NCBI GenBank assembly: GCA_003858585.1
Contig: RQZE01000003.1
Coordinates: 60,001 to 92,000 of the forward strand
Length of the DNA stretch: 32,000 nucleotides
Direction of reading: 5' to 3'
Origin: Erysipelotrichaceae bacterium OH741_COT-311
Lineage (GTDB): Bacteria > Bacillota_I > Bacilli_A > Erysipelotrichales > Erysipelotrichaceae
The position numbers were made by a program, and so were the translations under genes. The notes beneath the pieces were generated by a model, which worked only from the letters and a program-made list of their open reading frames with translations, made no database searches and had not been told where the DNA came from. Below are positions 7,235-16,880 of the stretch, one piece after another. The first letter of the stretch is position 1. The number at the start of each line of letters is the position of its first letter.

Positions 7235-9058
7235 ATGAGTCAAACATTACGAAAATATAGAAGTAGCATTATTTTTCTAATCGATATGATAGCTGTATTA
7301 GGATCATATATTTTTTCGTTGCTTATTCGTTTTGAATTTGATGTAAAAACAACATTGATATATTTTAATGTCTTTCAACATTTAATTCTATATATCATAG
7401 TTATTTATACAAGCTTCTTTATACTTTTTAAAGTCAATAAAAGTGTATGGAAGTTTACTAGTATTGAAGACAGTATTAGAATCTTTTTAGCAAGCTTTAT
7501 TTCAAATGGGTTGTTGTTTTTAGTGTATAGCTTTAGCTTAAAAGAAGGATTGCCACGTAGTATCTTCTTTTTTAGTGCATTTATAACTCCTGGTTTTTTA
7601 CTAGGTATGCGTGTGCTTTATCGTTATCTCATGTATAAAGGAAATTTGAAAGCACGTAATAAAAATGCCTTGATTATTGGGGCTGGAGATGCCGGGAATA
7701 TTTTAAGTAAAGAGATTTATGCAAATGATGCGTATAATTGTCGTATTGTTGGCTTTGTGGATGATTCGAGCTTTAAACAAGGACGCATGGTAAATGGGAT
7801 TCCTGTTTTAGCCAAGATTGATCAGCTAAAAGAAGTGGTAGAGAAATACCATGTTGATGAAATATATATCGCTATGCCAAGTGTCAGTTCAACACGCTTA
7901 AAAGAAATCTTAGACCAATGCAATGGCTTAGTAAAAGTGGTTAAGATTATGAGCTTAGATGAAGTAAGCTCAACGAAAAAAGCAGTATTACGTTCGGTTT
8001 CCATCGAGGATTTACTTGGTCGAGGTGTAATTGAAATTGATAATTCAGATATTAGTTTCTATCTAACAGATAAAGTTGTTATGGTAACTGGAGGAGGAGG
8101 TTCGATTGGCTCTGAGTTAGTGCGTCAAATTCTAACCTTTAATCCAAAAGAAGTTATTATTTTTGATATTTATGAAAATAATATGTATGCCATTCAACAA
8201 GAAATTATTATTAAACAAAGATTAAAACAAGTGAACCCAGATATTAACATTACTTGCATTATTGGTTCGGTGCGTGAAAAGGCTCGATTGGATGAAATTA
8301 TGCAGGAATATAAGCCTAGTGTTGTATTCCACGCTGCTGCTCATAAACATGTGCCTTTAGTTGAAGACTCACCAAAAGAAGCGATAAAAAACAATGTGTT
8401 TGGAACATATAATACGATTTTATCTTGTATTGAACATAAGGTGGATAAGTTTATCTTGATTTCAACGGATAAAGCGGTTTATCCAACTAATGTCATGGGT
8501 GCTACCAAGCGTTTATGTGAAATGATTGTACAGTCTTTTAAAGATAATGGTGTAACTAAGATTGGGGCTGTTCGTTTTGGAAATGTGCTGGGGTCAAATG
8601 GTTCTGTGATTCCGCTTTTTGAAAAGCAAATACAAAATGGTGGACCGGTAACGGTTACTGATAAAAATATTACACGTTATTTTATGACCATTCCTGAAGC
8701 TGCAAAACTTGTCTTACAGGCAGGGGCATATGCCAATAAAGGAGATATTTTTGTTTTAGATATGGGTCAGCCTGTTAAGATTTTAACACTAGCTGAGAAT
8801 TTAATTAAGCTATCAGGACTTGTTCCTTATGAAGATATCCAAATCGAATTTACGGGGCTAAGACCTGGTGAAAAAATGTATGAGGAATTATCTTTAGGAA
8901 ATGAAGTTCGTTATAAAACAAAGAATAATCTTATTTATGTAAATGAACCGATGAATATTTCACAGGAAAGTATTGCTGAAAAGATAAAAGCATTAGAGTC
9001 TGCAATGGATTTGGATAACCATGAAGTGAAGCAGATTGTATTAGGGATTATTGATTAG
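7235..9058 (+). CDS. Membrane-bound CapD/PglF/EpsC-type UDP-N-acetylglucosamine 4,6-dehydratase (polysaccharide biosynthesis protein)
   Basis: There are four N-terminal TM helices. 'LIIGAGDAGN' and 'VTGGGGSIGSEL' are Rossmann motifs. 'STDKAVYPTNVMGATKRLCE' is the catalytic block typical of CapD-like extended SDRs. Confidence 0.9.
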   Translation: MSQTLRKYRSSIIFLIDMIAVLGSYIFSLLIRFEFDVKTTLIYFNVFQHLILYIIVIYTSFFILFKVNKSVWKFTSIEDSIRIFLASFISNGLLFLVYSFSLKEGLPRSIFFFSAFITPGFLLGMRVLYRYLMYKGNLKARNKNALIIGAGDAGNILSKEIYANDAYNCRIVGFVDDSSFKQGRMVNGIPVLAKIDQLKEVVEKYHVDEIYIAMPSVSSTRLKEILDQCNGLVKVVKIMSLDEVSSTKKAVLRSVSIEDLLGRGVIEIDNSDISFYLTDKVVMVTGGGGSIGSELVRQILTFNPKEVIIFDIYENNMYAIQQEIIIKQRLKQVNPDINITCIIGSVREKARLDEIMQEYKPSVVFHAAAHKHVPLVEDSPKEAIKNNVFGTYNTILSCIEHKVDKFILISTDKAVYPTNVMGATKRLCEMIVQSFKDNGVTKIGAVRFGNVLGSNGSVIPLFEKQIQNGGPVTVTDKNITRYFMTIPEAAKLVLQAGAYANKGDIFVLDMGQPVKILTLAENLIKLSGLVPYEDIQIEFTGLRPGEKMYEELSLGNEVRYKTKNNLIYVNEPMNISQESIAEKIKALESAMDLDNHEVKQIVLGIID

Positions 9059-9065
9059 GTGTTTT

Positions 9066-10040
9066 ATGAAGCCTCTTGTATCGGTAATTATTCCAGCTTA
9101 TAATGCGGAAAAAACAATTGAACGATGCATACATAGTGTTATCAATCAAACTTATCAAAACATAGAAGTGATTGTTGTTGATGATGGATCTATTGATAAT
9201 ACTTTTTTGCTATGTGAAAAGTATATGGAATTAAGTAATTTTATTTATCATAAACAAGAAAACCAGGGAGTATCTAGTGCACGCAATAAAGGAATCAAAC
9301 TGTCAAGTGGAGAGTATATTGCTTTTGTGGATAGTGATGACTACATTAAAGAAAAAATGATTGAAGTATATATTCATCATTTGGATAAAGATTTAGTATG
9401 TTCGTCTGTTTTGAATTCCATACTACACTTAAAAGATAAAGAAAAAATTAGCCAATATAATAGTTTAAAAGATATAGATAAAGATTTATACTTTTTATTA
9501 ATTAATGGATTTTTTACTTCTCCCGTTTGCAAATTGTATAAAAGAAAGTATATTGATACATTTTTTGATATTGATATTTCTTATGGAGAGGATCTACTTT
9601 TTAATTTAAAATATTTTTCTAATATAAGTTCAATTATTTTTATACATGAGCAACTTTATTTTTATGATCTTAGTGATAGTGGTTTAACGAAAAAATTACA
9701 CGAGGATGAGTTTGAGACTATTTTAAAATTATCAAAAAGTTTTTTGGAATTTTATAAAGATAAAATCAGTAATACGAAAGTGATAAATGAAAAGTTATAT
9801 GATTTTTTGGCTAACTATTTTGTTGTGTTTTTTCAAAAATATTGTTTTAAACATAAGCTATGGGACTTGCGTTTAAAGCCATATTTAAAGAATAAAGAGT
9901 ATCAATTTATTTTAAAAAATAGCACGAATTCTTCTTTAAACATGAAGGTTTTAAAAACAAATTCCGCATTGCTTATTGCATCTTTTTTCAAATGCAAACA
10001 ACTCGTGAAATTTGTACTAGCAAGAGGTAAAAAGATATGA
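9066..10040 (+). CDS. GT2 glycosyltransferase
   Basis: The protein carries 'VSVIIPAYNAEKTIERCIHSVINQTYQNIEVIVVDDGS' and 'VDSDDY' (DxD). I prefer ATG 9066, after AGGTG at 9056-9060, over the track's TTG at 9051. Confidence 0.85.
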   Translation: MKPLVSVIIPAYNAEKTIERCIHSVINQTYQNIEVIVVDDGSIDNTFLLCEKYMELSNFIYHKQENQGVSSARNKGIKLSSGEYIAFVDSDDYIKEKMIEVYIHHLDKDLVCSSVLNSILHLKDKEKISQYNSLKDIDKDLYFLLINGFFTSPVCKLYKRKYIDTFFDIDISYGEDLLFNLKYFSNISSIIFIHEQLYFYDLSDSGLTKKLHEDEFETILKLSKSFLEFYKDKISNTKVINEKLYDFLANYFVVFFQKYCFKHKLWDLRLKPYLKNKEYQFILKNSTNSSLNMKVLKTNSALLIASFFKCKQLVKFVLARGKKI

Positions 10041-10993
10041 GTTTAATTAGCGTAATTGTTCCGGTATATAATGTTGAAGCTTATTTAAGACGTTGTTTAA
10101 ATTCTTTGCAAAAACAATACTATAAAAATCTTGAAATAATTGTTGTTGATGATGGTTCAACCGATCAAAGTTATCGTATTGCAAAAGAATATGAATTTCA
10201 AGATGCTCGTTTTAAAGTTGTTCAAAAAGCAAATGGTGGTTTATCATCAGCCAGAAACTTTGGGTTACAATATGCTTCAGGAGATTATATTTCTTTTATT
10301 GATTCCGATGACTTTATTAGTGAAGATTATTATTCTCTAATGATGAACTATATAAATAAAGATACAATTGTCATGTGTTATTTTCAACGTTTTACAAAAG
10401 AAGAGGAATTAAATCGTTTCGATGAATATAAAGTGAAATCCTATACCAATAAAGAAGCATTGAATCTTCTTTATAGTGATGATTATGTACAGACGGTAAT
10501 TGCATGTAATAAGTTGGTACCAAAAGACTTAGTACAAAAAAATCTATTTCCTTTAGGTGTCATTTATGAAGATGAAGCTACCACGTATAAGTGGTTAGAT
10601 CAATGTAAAACGGTAACTATTGTTACAAAACCAATGTATTATTACTTCATTCGTGAGGGATCTATTACGAAAGTAAAGTATCATAAGCGTCGTTTTGATT
10701 ACTTACAAGCTTTAAAAGATCGAGTGAGTTACTTCTCAAATCATAATGTTGAGATGTATGCCAAGACAGTGAAAGCTTGGTTTTATGCAACATTTGAATT
10801 TATGATGGAATTAAAAGTAAATCACATCAAAGATGATGAGAAAAAACATATTCTATATCTTCAACGCAAGGAAAGTTACCATTTATTGAGAAAAATAAAG
10901 TATTTTTCGCTTAAGACAAGATGTATGTACCATTTGGCATATTATGTTCCATTTTTATATTATGCCAAATTGAAAGGAGTGCAACATGATTAA
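10037..10993 (+). CDS. GT2 glycosyltransferase
   Basis: The protein carries 'ISVIVPVYNVEAYLRRCLNSLQKQYYKNLEIIVVDDGSTD' and 'IDSDDF'. The start overlaps the upstream stop as ATGA. Confidence 0.85.
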   Translation: MSLISVIVPVYNVEAYLRRCLNSLQKQYYKNLEIIVVDDGSTDQSYRIAKEYEFQDARFKVVQKANGGLSSARNFGLQYASGDYISFIDSDDFISEDYYSLMMNYINKDTIVMCYFQRFTKEEELNRFDEYKVKSYTNKEALNLLYSDDYVQTVIACNKLVPKDLVQKNLFPLGVIYEDEATTYKWLDQCKTVTIVTKPMYYYFIREGSITKVKYHKRRFDYLQALKDRVSYFSNHNVEMYAKTVKAWFYATFEFMMELKVNHIKDDEKKHILYLQRKESYHLLRKIKYFSLKTRCMYHLAYYVPFLYYAKLKGVQHD

Positions 10994-12065
10994 AGTATTA
11001 CAAGTCATCGGTTCTTTGAATATTGGTGGAGCTGAAAATATGATTGTATCTTGGCATGAAGGTATTAACCCGAATGAATTTCAGTTTGACTACATTGTAT
11101 TTAATGAAGAAAATAGTGATTATAAAAACCGTGTTGAAAAAATAAACGGTCGTATTTTTAATCTGCCAAGTCCAACTCGAAATCCGTTTAAGTTTTATCG
11201 TATGCTTAAAGAGATACAAAAGCAATATCACTATGACATCCTTCATGCACATACACTTTTTAGTAATGGAATTATTTTAAAGATGGCAAAGCATCTTGGA
11301 TTTAAAAAACGTATTTCGCATAGTCATAGTGGAAAAAACAGAGTTAAAGAAAATGCCGTTACAGTAGCCTATGGCAAGTGGATGCAGGCATTGATTCAAC
11401 AAGAGGCAGATGTATATTTGGCGTGCAGTGAAAGTGCCGGTAATTTCTTGTATGGTGAAGCTTTTTTCAAACAATATGGAACATTGATTGAAAATGCCAT
11501 TTTAGCGGAAGCTTTCACTTACAAGGCAGAACTTGCTCAAGCATTAAAAAAACAATATCATTTAGAAGATTCTATTGTAATTGGAATGGTCGCAAGATTT
11601 CATGAAGTGAAAAATCATACTTTCATGATTGAAGTATTAAAGAGTTTAGTGCAAATTCATCCAAAGTATACATTAGTCTTAGCTGGGGATGGTCCCTTAT
11701 TGCATGAAATCCAAGCGAAAGTAAAAGATAATCATCTGGAAAAACATGTATTGTTTTTAGGAATGGTGAATAACGTCAAAGAGCTTTTAAATGTGTTTGA
11801 TGTGGTAGTTATGCCATCCTTCCATGAAGGATTTCCACTGGCGTTATTAGAAGCACAAGCCAACGGTGTAGCGACCATGATCTCAAATGCGATTACACAA
11901 GAAGTAAAACTTGCGGATAACTTAATGCATTTGCCACTTGAAGTAGATGCTTGGGTATCGGCAATTGTAAATATGCAACAAAGCAAACGTATAAATCATA
12001 TTCTAAATACCAAGTATGACTTAAAGACTTCTATTTTAAAATTGGAAGAGATTTATCGTAGATAA
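10986..12065 (+). CDS. GT4 (GT-B fold) glycosyltransferase
   Basis: The protein carries N-terminal 'LNIGGAENM' and C-terminal 'EGFPLALLEAQANGV'. It overlaps the upstream gene by 8 nt. Confidence 0.85.
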   Translation: MIKVLQVIGSLNIGGAENMIVSWHEGINPNEFQFDYIVFNEENSDYKNRVEKINGRIFNLPSPTRNPFKFYRMLKEIQKQYHYDILHAHTLFSNGIILKMAKHLGFKKRISHSHSGKNRVKENAVTVAYGKWMQALIQQEADVYLACSESAGNFLYGEAFFKQYGTLIENAILAEAFTYKAELAQALKKQYHLEDSIVIGMVARFHEVKNHTFMIEVLKSLVQIHPKYTLVLAGDGPLLHEIQAKVKDNHLEKHVLFLGMVNNVKELLNVFDVVVMPSFHEGFPLALLEAQANGVATMISNAITQEVKLADNLMHLPLEVDAWVSAIVNMQQSKRINHILNTKYDLKTSILKLEEIYRR

Positions 12066-12073
12066 GAGGTTTT

Positions 12074-13555
12074 ATGAAGAACATTACATTTAATGAGTTA
12101 TCGAAGTATTTAACTCCATATTTTATTGAACATAATATCAATCGTCATAGTGAATATGATATTTTAACGATAAATGCTAAGGATTTAATACATTATAAAC
12201 GGATTGATTTGATTGCTAAAGTTGAGTATGTAAAACATTATCTAGCTAAACAACACAATCCTTTTATGGAAGAATTGTATAAGGCTCATATTGAAGCTTT
12301 TTCCGATGGAAATTTTACAGAATTAGGAAGTGAGGAGAAAAACTCAATATCCAAATATTTAGAAAGTTTTCATCAATTGATTGATTCTATTGTGGAAGAT
12401 GGATTTAATCAAGACATTTCTTTGGTGCCGGTTGGCGATGATAATGTGATTTTAGATGGTGCTCATCGTGTTTCCATTTGTGCTGCCTTAAATAAAGAGA
12501 TTACGATTATTAAATTTAAGGGGCTTACACGTCAATATGATTTACAGCATTTTCAAAAGCATTTACTGCCTTCGATTTATCTGGATTACTTAATGCTTCA
12601 ATATGTAAAAGTAGATCCTCAAGTCTATAGTTTTATATTCTGGCCAAAGGGCGATAGTGACTATAAAGAGATTGCGATTAAAAAGATTGAAGAACACTTT
12701 CCTATTTTATATCGTAAAAAAATAGCGCTAACGTATAATGGTTTAAAGAATTTTATGATTGAAGTCTATAAAAATCATTCTTGGTTAGGGGATTATAAAA
12801 ACCATTATCAAGGTGTATATGGACAACTAGATCCTTGTTTTCAAAAGGATAAAGTACTGGAAGTACTCTTTGTAAAAGCCAATGGATTAGAAGATATGTT
12901 AAAGGTAAAGAGTGATATACGTTCTTTGTATAATATTGGAAATTATTCCATTCATTCTACAGATAATCAAGATGAAACCTTAACTGTAGCTCAACTTTTA
13001 TTGAATGAACATAGTATACATTTCTTAAACTATGGTTATCACGATGGTTATCCAAATTTTTATCGTAATCTATTGCTGTTTAAAGAACGTCTACCTGAAA
13101 GTGAAGTAGAAGCGACGATCATTGATTCTAGCAGTATTATGGCAATGTATGGGATAAGAGAAACAGAAGATGTAGATTACATAAACGTACATAGTTATGT
13201 GGTAGAAGGTTTTGACTTGCATAATGCATATGTTTCATACTATCAAGCAAATATGGAAGAATTAATATACAGTCCAAAATGTCATTTTTATTACAATGGA
13301 TTAAAGTTTATAACGTTACAAAAACTTCTGGAATTTAAATTAAAGCGTAATGAAACGAAAGATCAAATTGATGCAGCACTGATTACGAAGTTTTTAAAAC
13401 ATAATCGTACTGGTTTTTCTTATGAGAAGTTTCAAGTAGAATGGAAACGTTTTAAACGTAATAGTAATTTAAAATTACGAAGTTTTGCGAAAAAAACTTT
13501 AAAAGCATTGGGGATTTATCATTTATATAGTAAAATTGCACATAGAAAGAAATAA
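12074..13555 (+). CDS. Uncharacterised soluble multi-domain protein with an N-terminal ParB/Srx-like segment, a central NDK-like segment and a C-terminal nucleotidyltransferase-fold-like segment
   Basis: Three motif regions were seen: 'LIDSIVEDGFNQDISLVPVGDDNVILDGAHRVSICAAL' (DGxHR), 'NYSIHSTDNQDE', and 'IIDSSSIMAMYGIRETEDVDYI' with 'ITLQKLLEFKLKRNETKDQIDAALI'. AGAGG precedes the ATG. The gene sits 8 nt after the GT4 stop and ends 1 nt before the wzx start. I recognised no standard polysaccharide-enzyme family. Confidence 0.5.
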   Translation: MKNITFNELSKYLTPYFIEHNINRHSEYDILTINAKDLIHYKRIDLIAKVEYVKHYLAKQHNPFMEELYKAHIEAFSDGNFTELGSEEKNSISKYLESFHQLIDSIVEDGFNQDISLVPVGDDNVILDGAHRVSICAALNKEITIIKFKGLTRQYDLQHFQKHLLPSIYLDYLMLQYVKVDPQVYSFIFWPKGDSDYKEIAIKKIEEHFPILYRKKIALTYNGLKNFMIEVYKNHSWLGDYKNHYQGVYGQLDPCFQKDKVLEVLFVKANGLEDMLKVKSDIRSLYNIGNYSIHSTDNQDETLTVAQLLLNEHSIHFLNYGYHDGYPNFYRNLLLFKERLPESEVEATIIDSSSIMAMYGIRETEDVDYINVHSYVVEGFDLHNAYVSYYQANMEELIYSPKCHFYYNGLKFITLQKLLEFKLKRNETKDQIDAALITKFLKHNRTGFSYEKFQVEWKRFKRNSNLKLRSFAKKTLKALGIYHLYSKIAHRKK

Positions 13556-13556
13556 T

Positions 13557-15086
13557 ATGAATACACTAAGTCGTTCTTACAATTCAATTCGTAATATAGT
13601 CATTGGTTTTGCAACACAAATCATGACCTTTTTACTATCGTTTATATTAAGAACGTTTTTTATCTATTATTTTGGTAAAGAATTATTAGGTGTTAATGGA
13701 TTATATAGTAATATTTTAACGATTCTATCTTTAGCGGAATTGGGGTTAGGAACGGTTATGATTTATAGTTTATACAAGCCCATTAAAGAACAAGATCAAC
13801 TTAAAATTACTCAGTTACTTTATTATTTTAAAAAACTCTATCATTTCATTGCCTTAGTGATGTTGGTGGTAGGATTATTATGCCTGCCAATTTTGCCTTA
13901 CTTTATTGTAAGTGATTTGAATATCGCTGATTTAAGAGTCTATTATGCTTTGTTTTTATTAAATACGGTATGTAGTTACTTTAATATTTATAAAACAGCT
14001 TTAATCAACGCTGATCAAAAGCAATATCTCATAAAAAATGTAACAATGCTTGTTTTTGTAGTTACTTCACTTGTTCAAATTGGTATAGCTTTCTATTTTC
14101 AAGATTATCGTTTATATTTAATGAGTGCGATTCTTTCAACCTTAACAACAAACTATATTTTAGGGAAGGTGGCAGATAAACGTTATCCGTTTATTAAACA
14201 AAAAGTAGAAGAACTATCAAAAGAAGAAAAAACAACTATTTTTGCAAATATGAAAAGTATGTTTTTATATAAAATTGGTGTTGTGATTATGAATAATACA
14301 GATAACATCTTAATTTCAAAGCTAGTTGGAACCGTTTGGGTTGGTTTGTATTCAAATTATGGTTTGTTTGTAAATATGGTTAATTCGTTTATTAATACTT
14401 TTTTATATGGGATTTTTGCTAGTTTAGGGAACTTGAATGCGGGTGAAAATCAAAAACGAAAATATGAAATCTTTGAAATGTTGCTGTTGCTGTTTCATTG
14501 GCTAGCAGCGTTTTGTAGCATCTGTTTTATCGTATTATTTAATGATACGATTACTTTATGGATTGGTAAAGAATATCTATTTGATGAATTGGTTATCTTT
14601 GCGATTGTCTTTAATTTCTATTTAGCAAACATTGTAAATCCGGTATGGATGTATCGAGAAACAACAGGTTTGTTTCATCGTATTAAATACACTATGTTAG
14701 TATCTAGTGTTATTAATTTAGTGTTATCGATTGTCTTAGGAAAGATCTATGGTATATTTGGTATTTTAATGGCTACGGCTGTTTCACGCCTACTTACAAC
14801 CATTTGGTATGAACCATATGTCTTATTTAAAGATTATTTTAAGATACACCCATGGAAATATTATCAAAGACAGTTAACATACATCATAATTTCTGTAATT
14901 GGTTTTGCCACAACCAGATATGCTGTTTCTTATATATCGAATGTTTCATTTATAAATTTGATTGTAAAGTTACTAATATGTATTATACTTTTTAACACTA
15001 TTTTCTTAATTTTGACTTATCGAAGTAAACCATTTAGGCTAATAAAAGAAAATTATATCGACAAACGATGTAAAAGGGGGAAATAA
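13557..15086 (+). CDS. wzx: Wzx-type oligosaccharide flippase (MOP superfamily polysaccharide biosynthesis protein)
   Basis: The ~500-aa protein has about 12-14 TM helices and the typical N-terminus 'YNSIRNIVIGFATQIMTFLLSFILRTFFIYYFG'. I prefer ATG 13557 over the track's TTG at 13536, which would overlap the previous gene. Confidence 0.8.
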   Translation: MNTLSRSYNSIRNIVIGFATQIMTFLLSFILRTFFIYYFGKELLGVNGLYSNILTILSLAELGLGTVMIYSLYKPIKEQDQLKITQLLYYFKKLYHFIALVMLVVGLLCLPILPYFIVSDLNIADLRVYYALFLLNTVCSYFNIYKTALINADQKQYLIKNVTMLVFVVTSLVQIGIAFYFQDYRLYLMSAILSTLTTNYILGKVADKRYPFIKQKVEELSKEEKTTIFANMKSMFLYKIGVVIMNNTDNILISKLVGTVWVGLYSNYGLFVNMVNSFINTFLYGIFASLGNLNAGENQKRKYEIFEMLLLLFHWLAAFCSICFIVLFNDTITLWIGKEYLFDELVIFAIVFNFYLANIVNPVWMYRETTGLFHRIKYTMLVSSVINLVLSIVLGKIYGIFGILMATAVSRLLTTIWYEPYVLFKDYFKIHPWKYYQRQLTYIIISVIGFATTRYAVSYISNVSFINLIVKLLICIILFNTIFLILTYRSKPFRLIKENYIDKRCKRGK

Positions 15087-15089
15087 TCT

Positions 15090-16274
15090 ATGAAGAAACT
15101 ATATGAAATAGTAAATAACAGAGCATTATTTTTAGTTGTACTATTATTTTCTTGTTTTTACAATGCCCTTTATTATCAACCTTTAGGAATGGGTCGTAAC
15201 TATTTTTTCTATCTTAGCTGTATATGGGCCCTTTATTTTTTAATAGAAGGCTTTTTGACAAAGAAAATAAATATTGCTTCAAAATTAACGTGGAGTGCCC
15301 TTGGATTTCTAGCAGTGTTACTTATTTCAACCTTTATCAATTTTAAGCATACTTCTATGCTTTCAATTACATATCTATATAGCACGATTATGTATATCTT
15401 CGTTGTTTATCTTTATCAAGATGAAATCTATTTTGACCCTACTTACTACATTATCGTCTTTTTATTTATTGCTTCGTTGATTTCATTATTGATGTTTCTG
15501 TTTGGATATTTTAAAGAATTACCATTTGCTAAACTTGGTTATCGAACTGTATTATATGGAATTTATAATGGATCCAATGCCACCGGCTTTTGCAGTGCTA
15601 TAGCCATTTTATTATCTTTAAAGAAGATGAGTAAAATTAAATTAGTTAATAAGTGGTTAACTTTTAATATAGTAATTCAATCAATTACTTTATGGTTATC
15701 AAGATCTCAAAACAGCATTGTATTTTTAGTCATCAGTTGTGTTATATATTTTATGCTTAAAAAAACAAAGATAAAATTAAGTCAACGCTTGCTATATCGT
15801 CTATTGATAATTGGTGTACTTCTTATTGTTGTAATGATTATCATTATTTATAGTGAAGATAGTCGCTATCGCTTTTTTAATCATCTTTTTAATCGTAGAG
15901 TAGAGTTATGGTTAGATTCTTCTTTGGAACTTTTAAAACAACCAATCTTAGGATATGGGGTTGGAACATTTAATAAGATAATGTGTGGAGTAAAACCACC
16001 GGATAATTACATTTGTGTAGATGTGATACATAGTGGACATAATGTAATCTTTGATGTGTTATTTTATGGAGGGGTTTTAGGTATTATTACTTTTGGATGG
16101 TTTGTAAAAAATATCATTCAGCATAGCAATTTGGAAAATCGATATGATGCTTTTGTGTTAGTAATGTTTATTTTAATGATTTCGATGTTTGATTACAGTT
16201 TCTTATTTGCTAATTCTTTAACTGCCTTTGTATTCTTTAATGAAGCTAGAAGTGTCTTGAGGAAGCCATCATGA
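15090..16274 (+). CDS. wzy: O-antigen polymerase/ligase family (Wzy-like) membrane protein
   Basis: The protein is polytopic with a large late loop. 'SGHNVIFDVLFYGGVLGI' resembles the Wzy_C His-Asn block. It lies directly after wzx, and AGGGGG precedes the ATG. Confidence 0.7.
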   Translation: MKKLYEIVNNRALFLVVLLFSCFYNALYYQPLGMGRNYFFYLSCIWALYFLIEGFLTKKINIASKLTWSALGFLAVLLISTFINFKHTSMLSITYLYSTIMYIFVVYLYQDEIYFDPTYYIIVFLFIASLISLLMFLFGYFKELPFAKLGYRTVLYGIYNGSNATGFCSAIAILLSLKKMSKIKLVNKWLTFNIVIQSITLWLSRSQNSIVFLVISCVIYFMLKKTKIKLSQRLLYRLLIIGVLLIVVMIIIIYSEDSRYRFFNHLFNRRVELWLDSSLELLKQPILGYGVGTFNKIMCGVKPPDNYICVDVIHSGHNVIFDVLFYGGVLGIITFGWFVKNIIQHSNLENRYDAFVLVMFILMISMFDYSFLFANSLTAFVFFNEARSVLRKPS

Positions 16275-16879
16275 GTATTGTAAATGTAAAGTTACGTAAA
16301 CTGGTAAATTGGTATCATCAAAAACAGTTGAAGAACCATGATTTTTCGATTATCGCAAGCAATTGTATCGGCAGTTTCATTTGTCATGATTTACATGTGC
16401 GTTTTAATTTGCCGTTTGTAAACTTATGGTTACATGCCGATGATTTTATGAAATACTTACAAAATATGAGACATTACAATTCTTGTAATCTTACATTTAT
16501 AAAAGAAGAAGGGGTTGAATATCCGATAGGTTTGTTGGATGATATTAAGATATATTTTCAACATTATAAAAGTGAAGAAGAAGCTAAAATAAAGTGGATA
16601 CAACGAGTAAAGAGAATTAATTATGATAATCTATTTGTTATGTTTACAGATCGTGATGGTTGTACATATCAACATTTAAAGGCTTTTGAAGATCTGGATA
16701 TTAAAAATAAAGTCGTTTTTACTCATAAACCTTATTCTGAGTTTAAATCTGCCTATCATATCAAAGGCTTTGAACAACAAGATAAACTAGGGAATTTATA
16801 TGAATATAGACATCGTTTTACAGGATTTAAATATTACGATCAATTTCAGTATGTAAAGTGGTTGAATAAAGGAGAATAA
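16271..16879 (+). CDS. DUF1919-like exopolysaccharide-locus protein of unknown function
   Basis: 'FSIIASNCIGSFICHDLHVRFNLPFVNLW' resembles the N-terminal 'IISNNCWGG...SPTVGL' block I recall for DUF1919. The protein is soluble and about 200 aa. The start overlaps the upstream stop as ATGA. Confidence 0.55.
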   Translation: MSIVNVKLRKLVNWYHQKQLKNHDFSIIASNCIGSFICHDLHVRFNLPFVNLWLHADDFMKYLQNMRHYNSCNLTFIKEEGVEYPIGLLDDIKIYFQHYKSEEEAKIKWIQRVKRINYDNLFVMFTDRDGCTYQHLKAFEDLDIKNKVVFTHKPYSEFKSAYHIKGFEQQDKLGNLYEYRHRFTGFKYYDQFQYVKWLNKGE

Positions 16880-16880
16880 A

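Noticed and set aside
12074-13555. The ParB-like plus nucleotidyltransferase-like protein as a phage-defence or plasmid-partition gene inserted in the locus.
   Set aside because: The gene is translationally packed between a GT4 and wzx with 8-nt and 1-nt gaps. I see no compositional break, no partner toxin, nuclease or ATPase gene, and no flanking repeats or mobile-element genes. An operon-intrinsic glycan role is more parsimonious.
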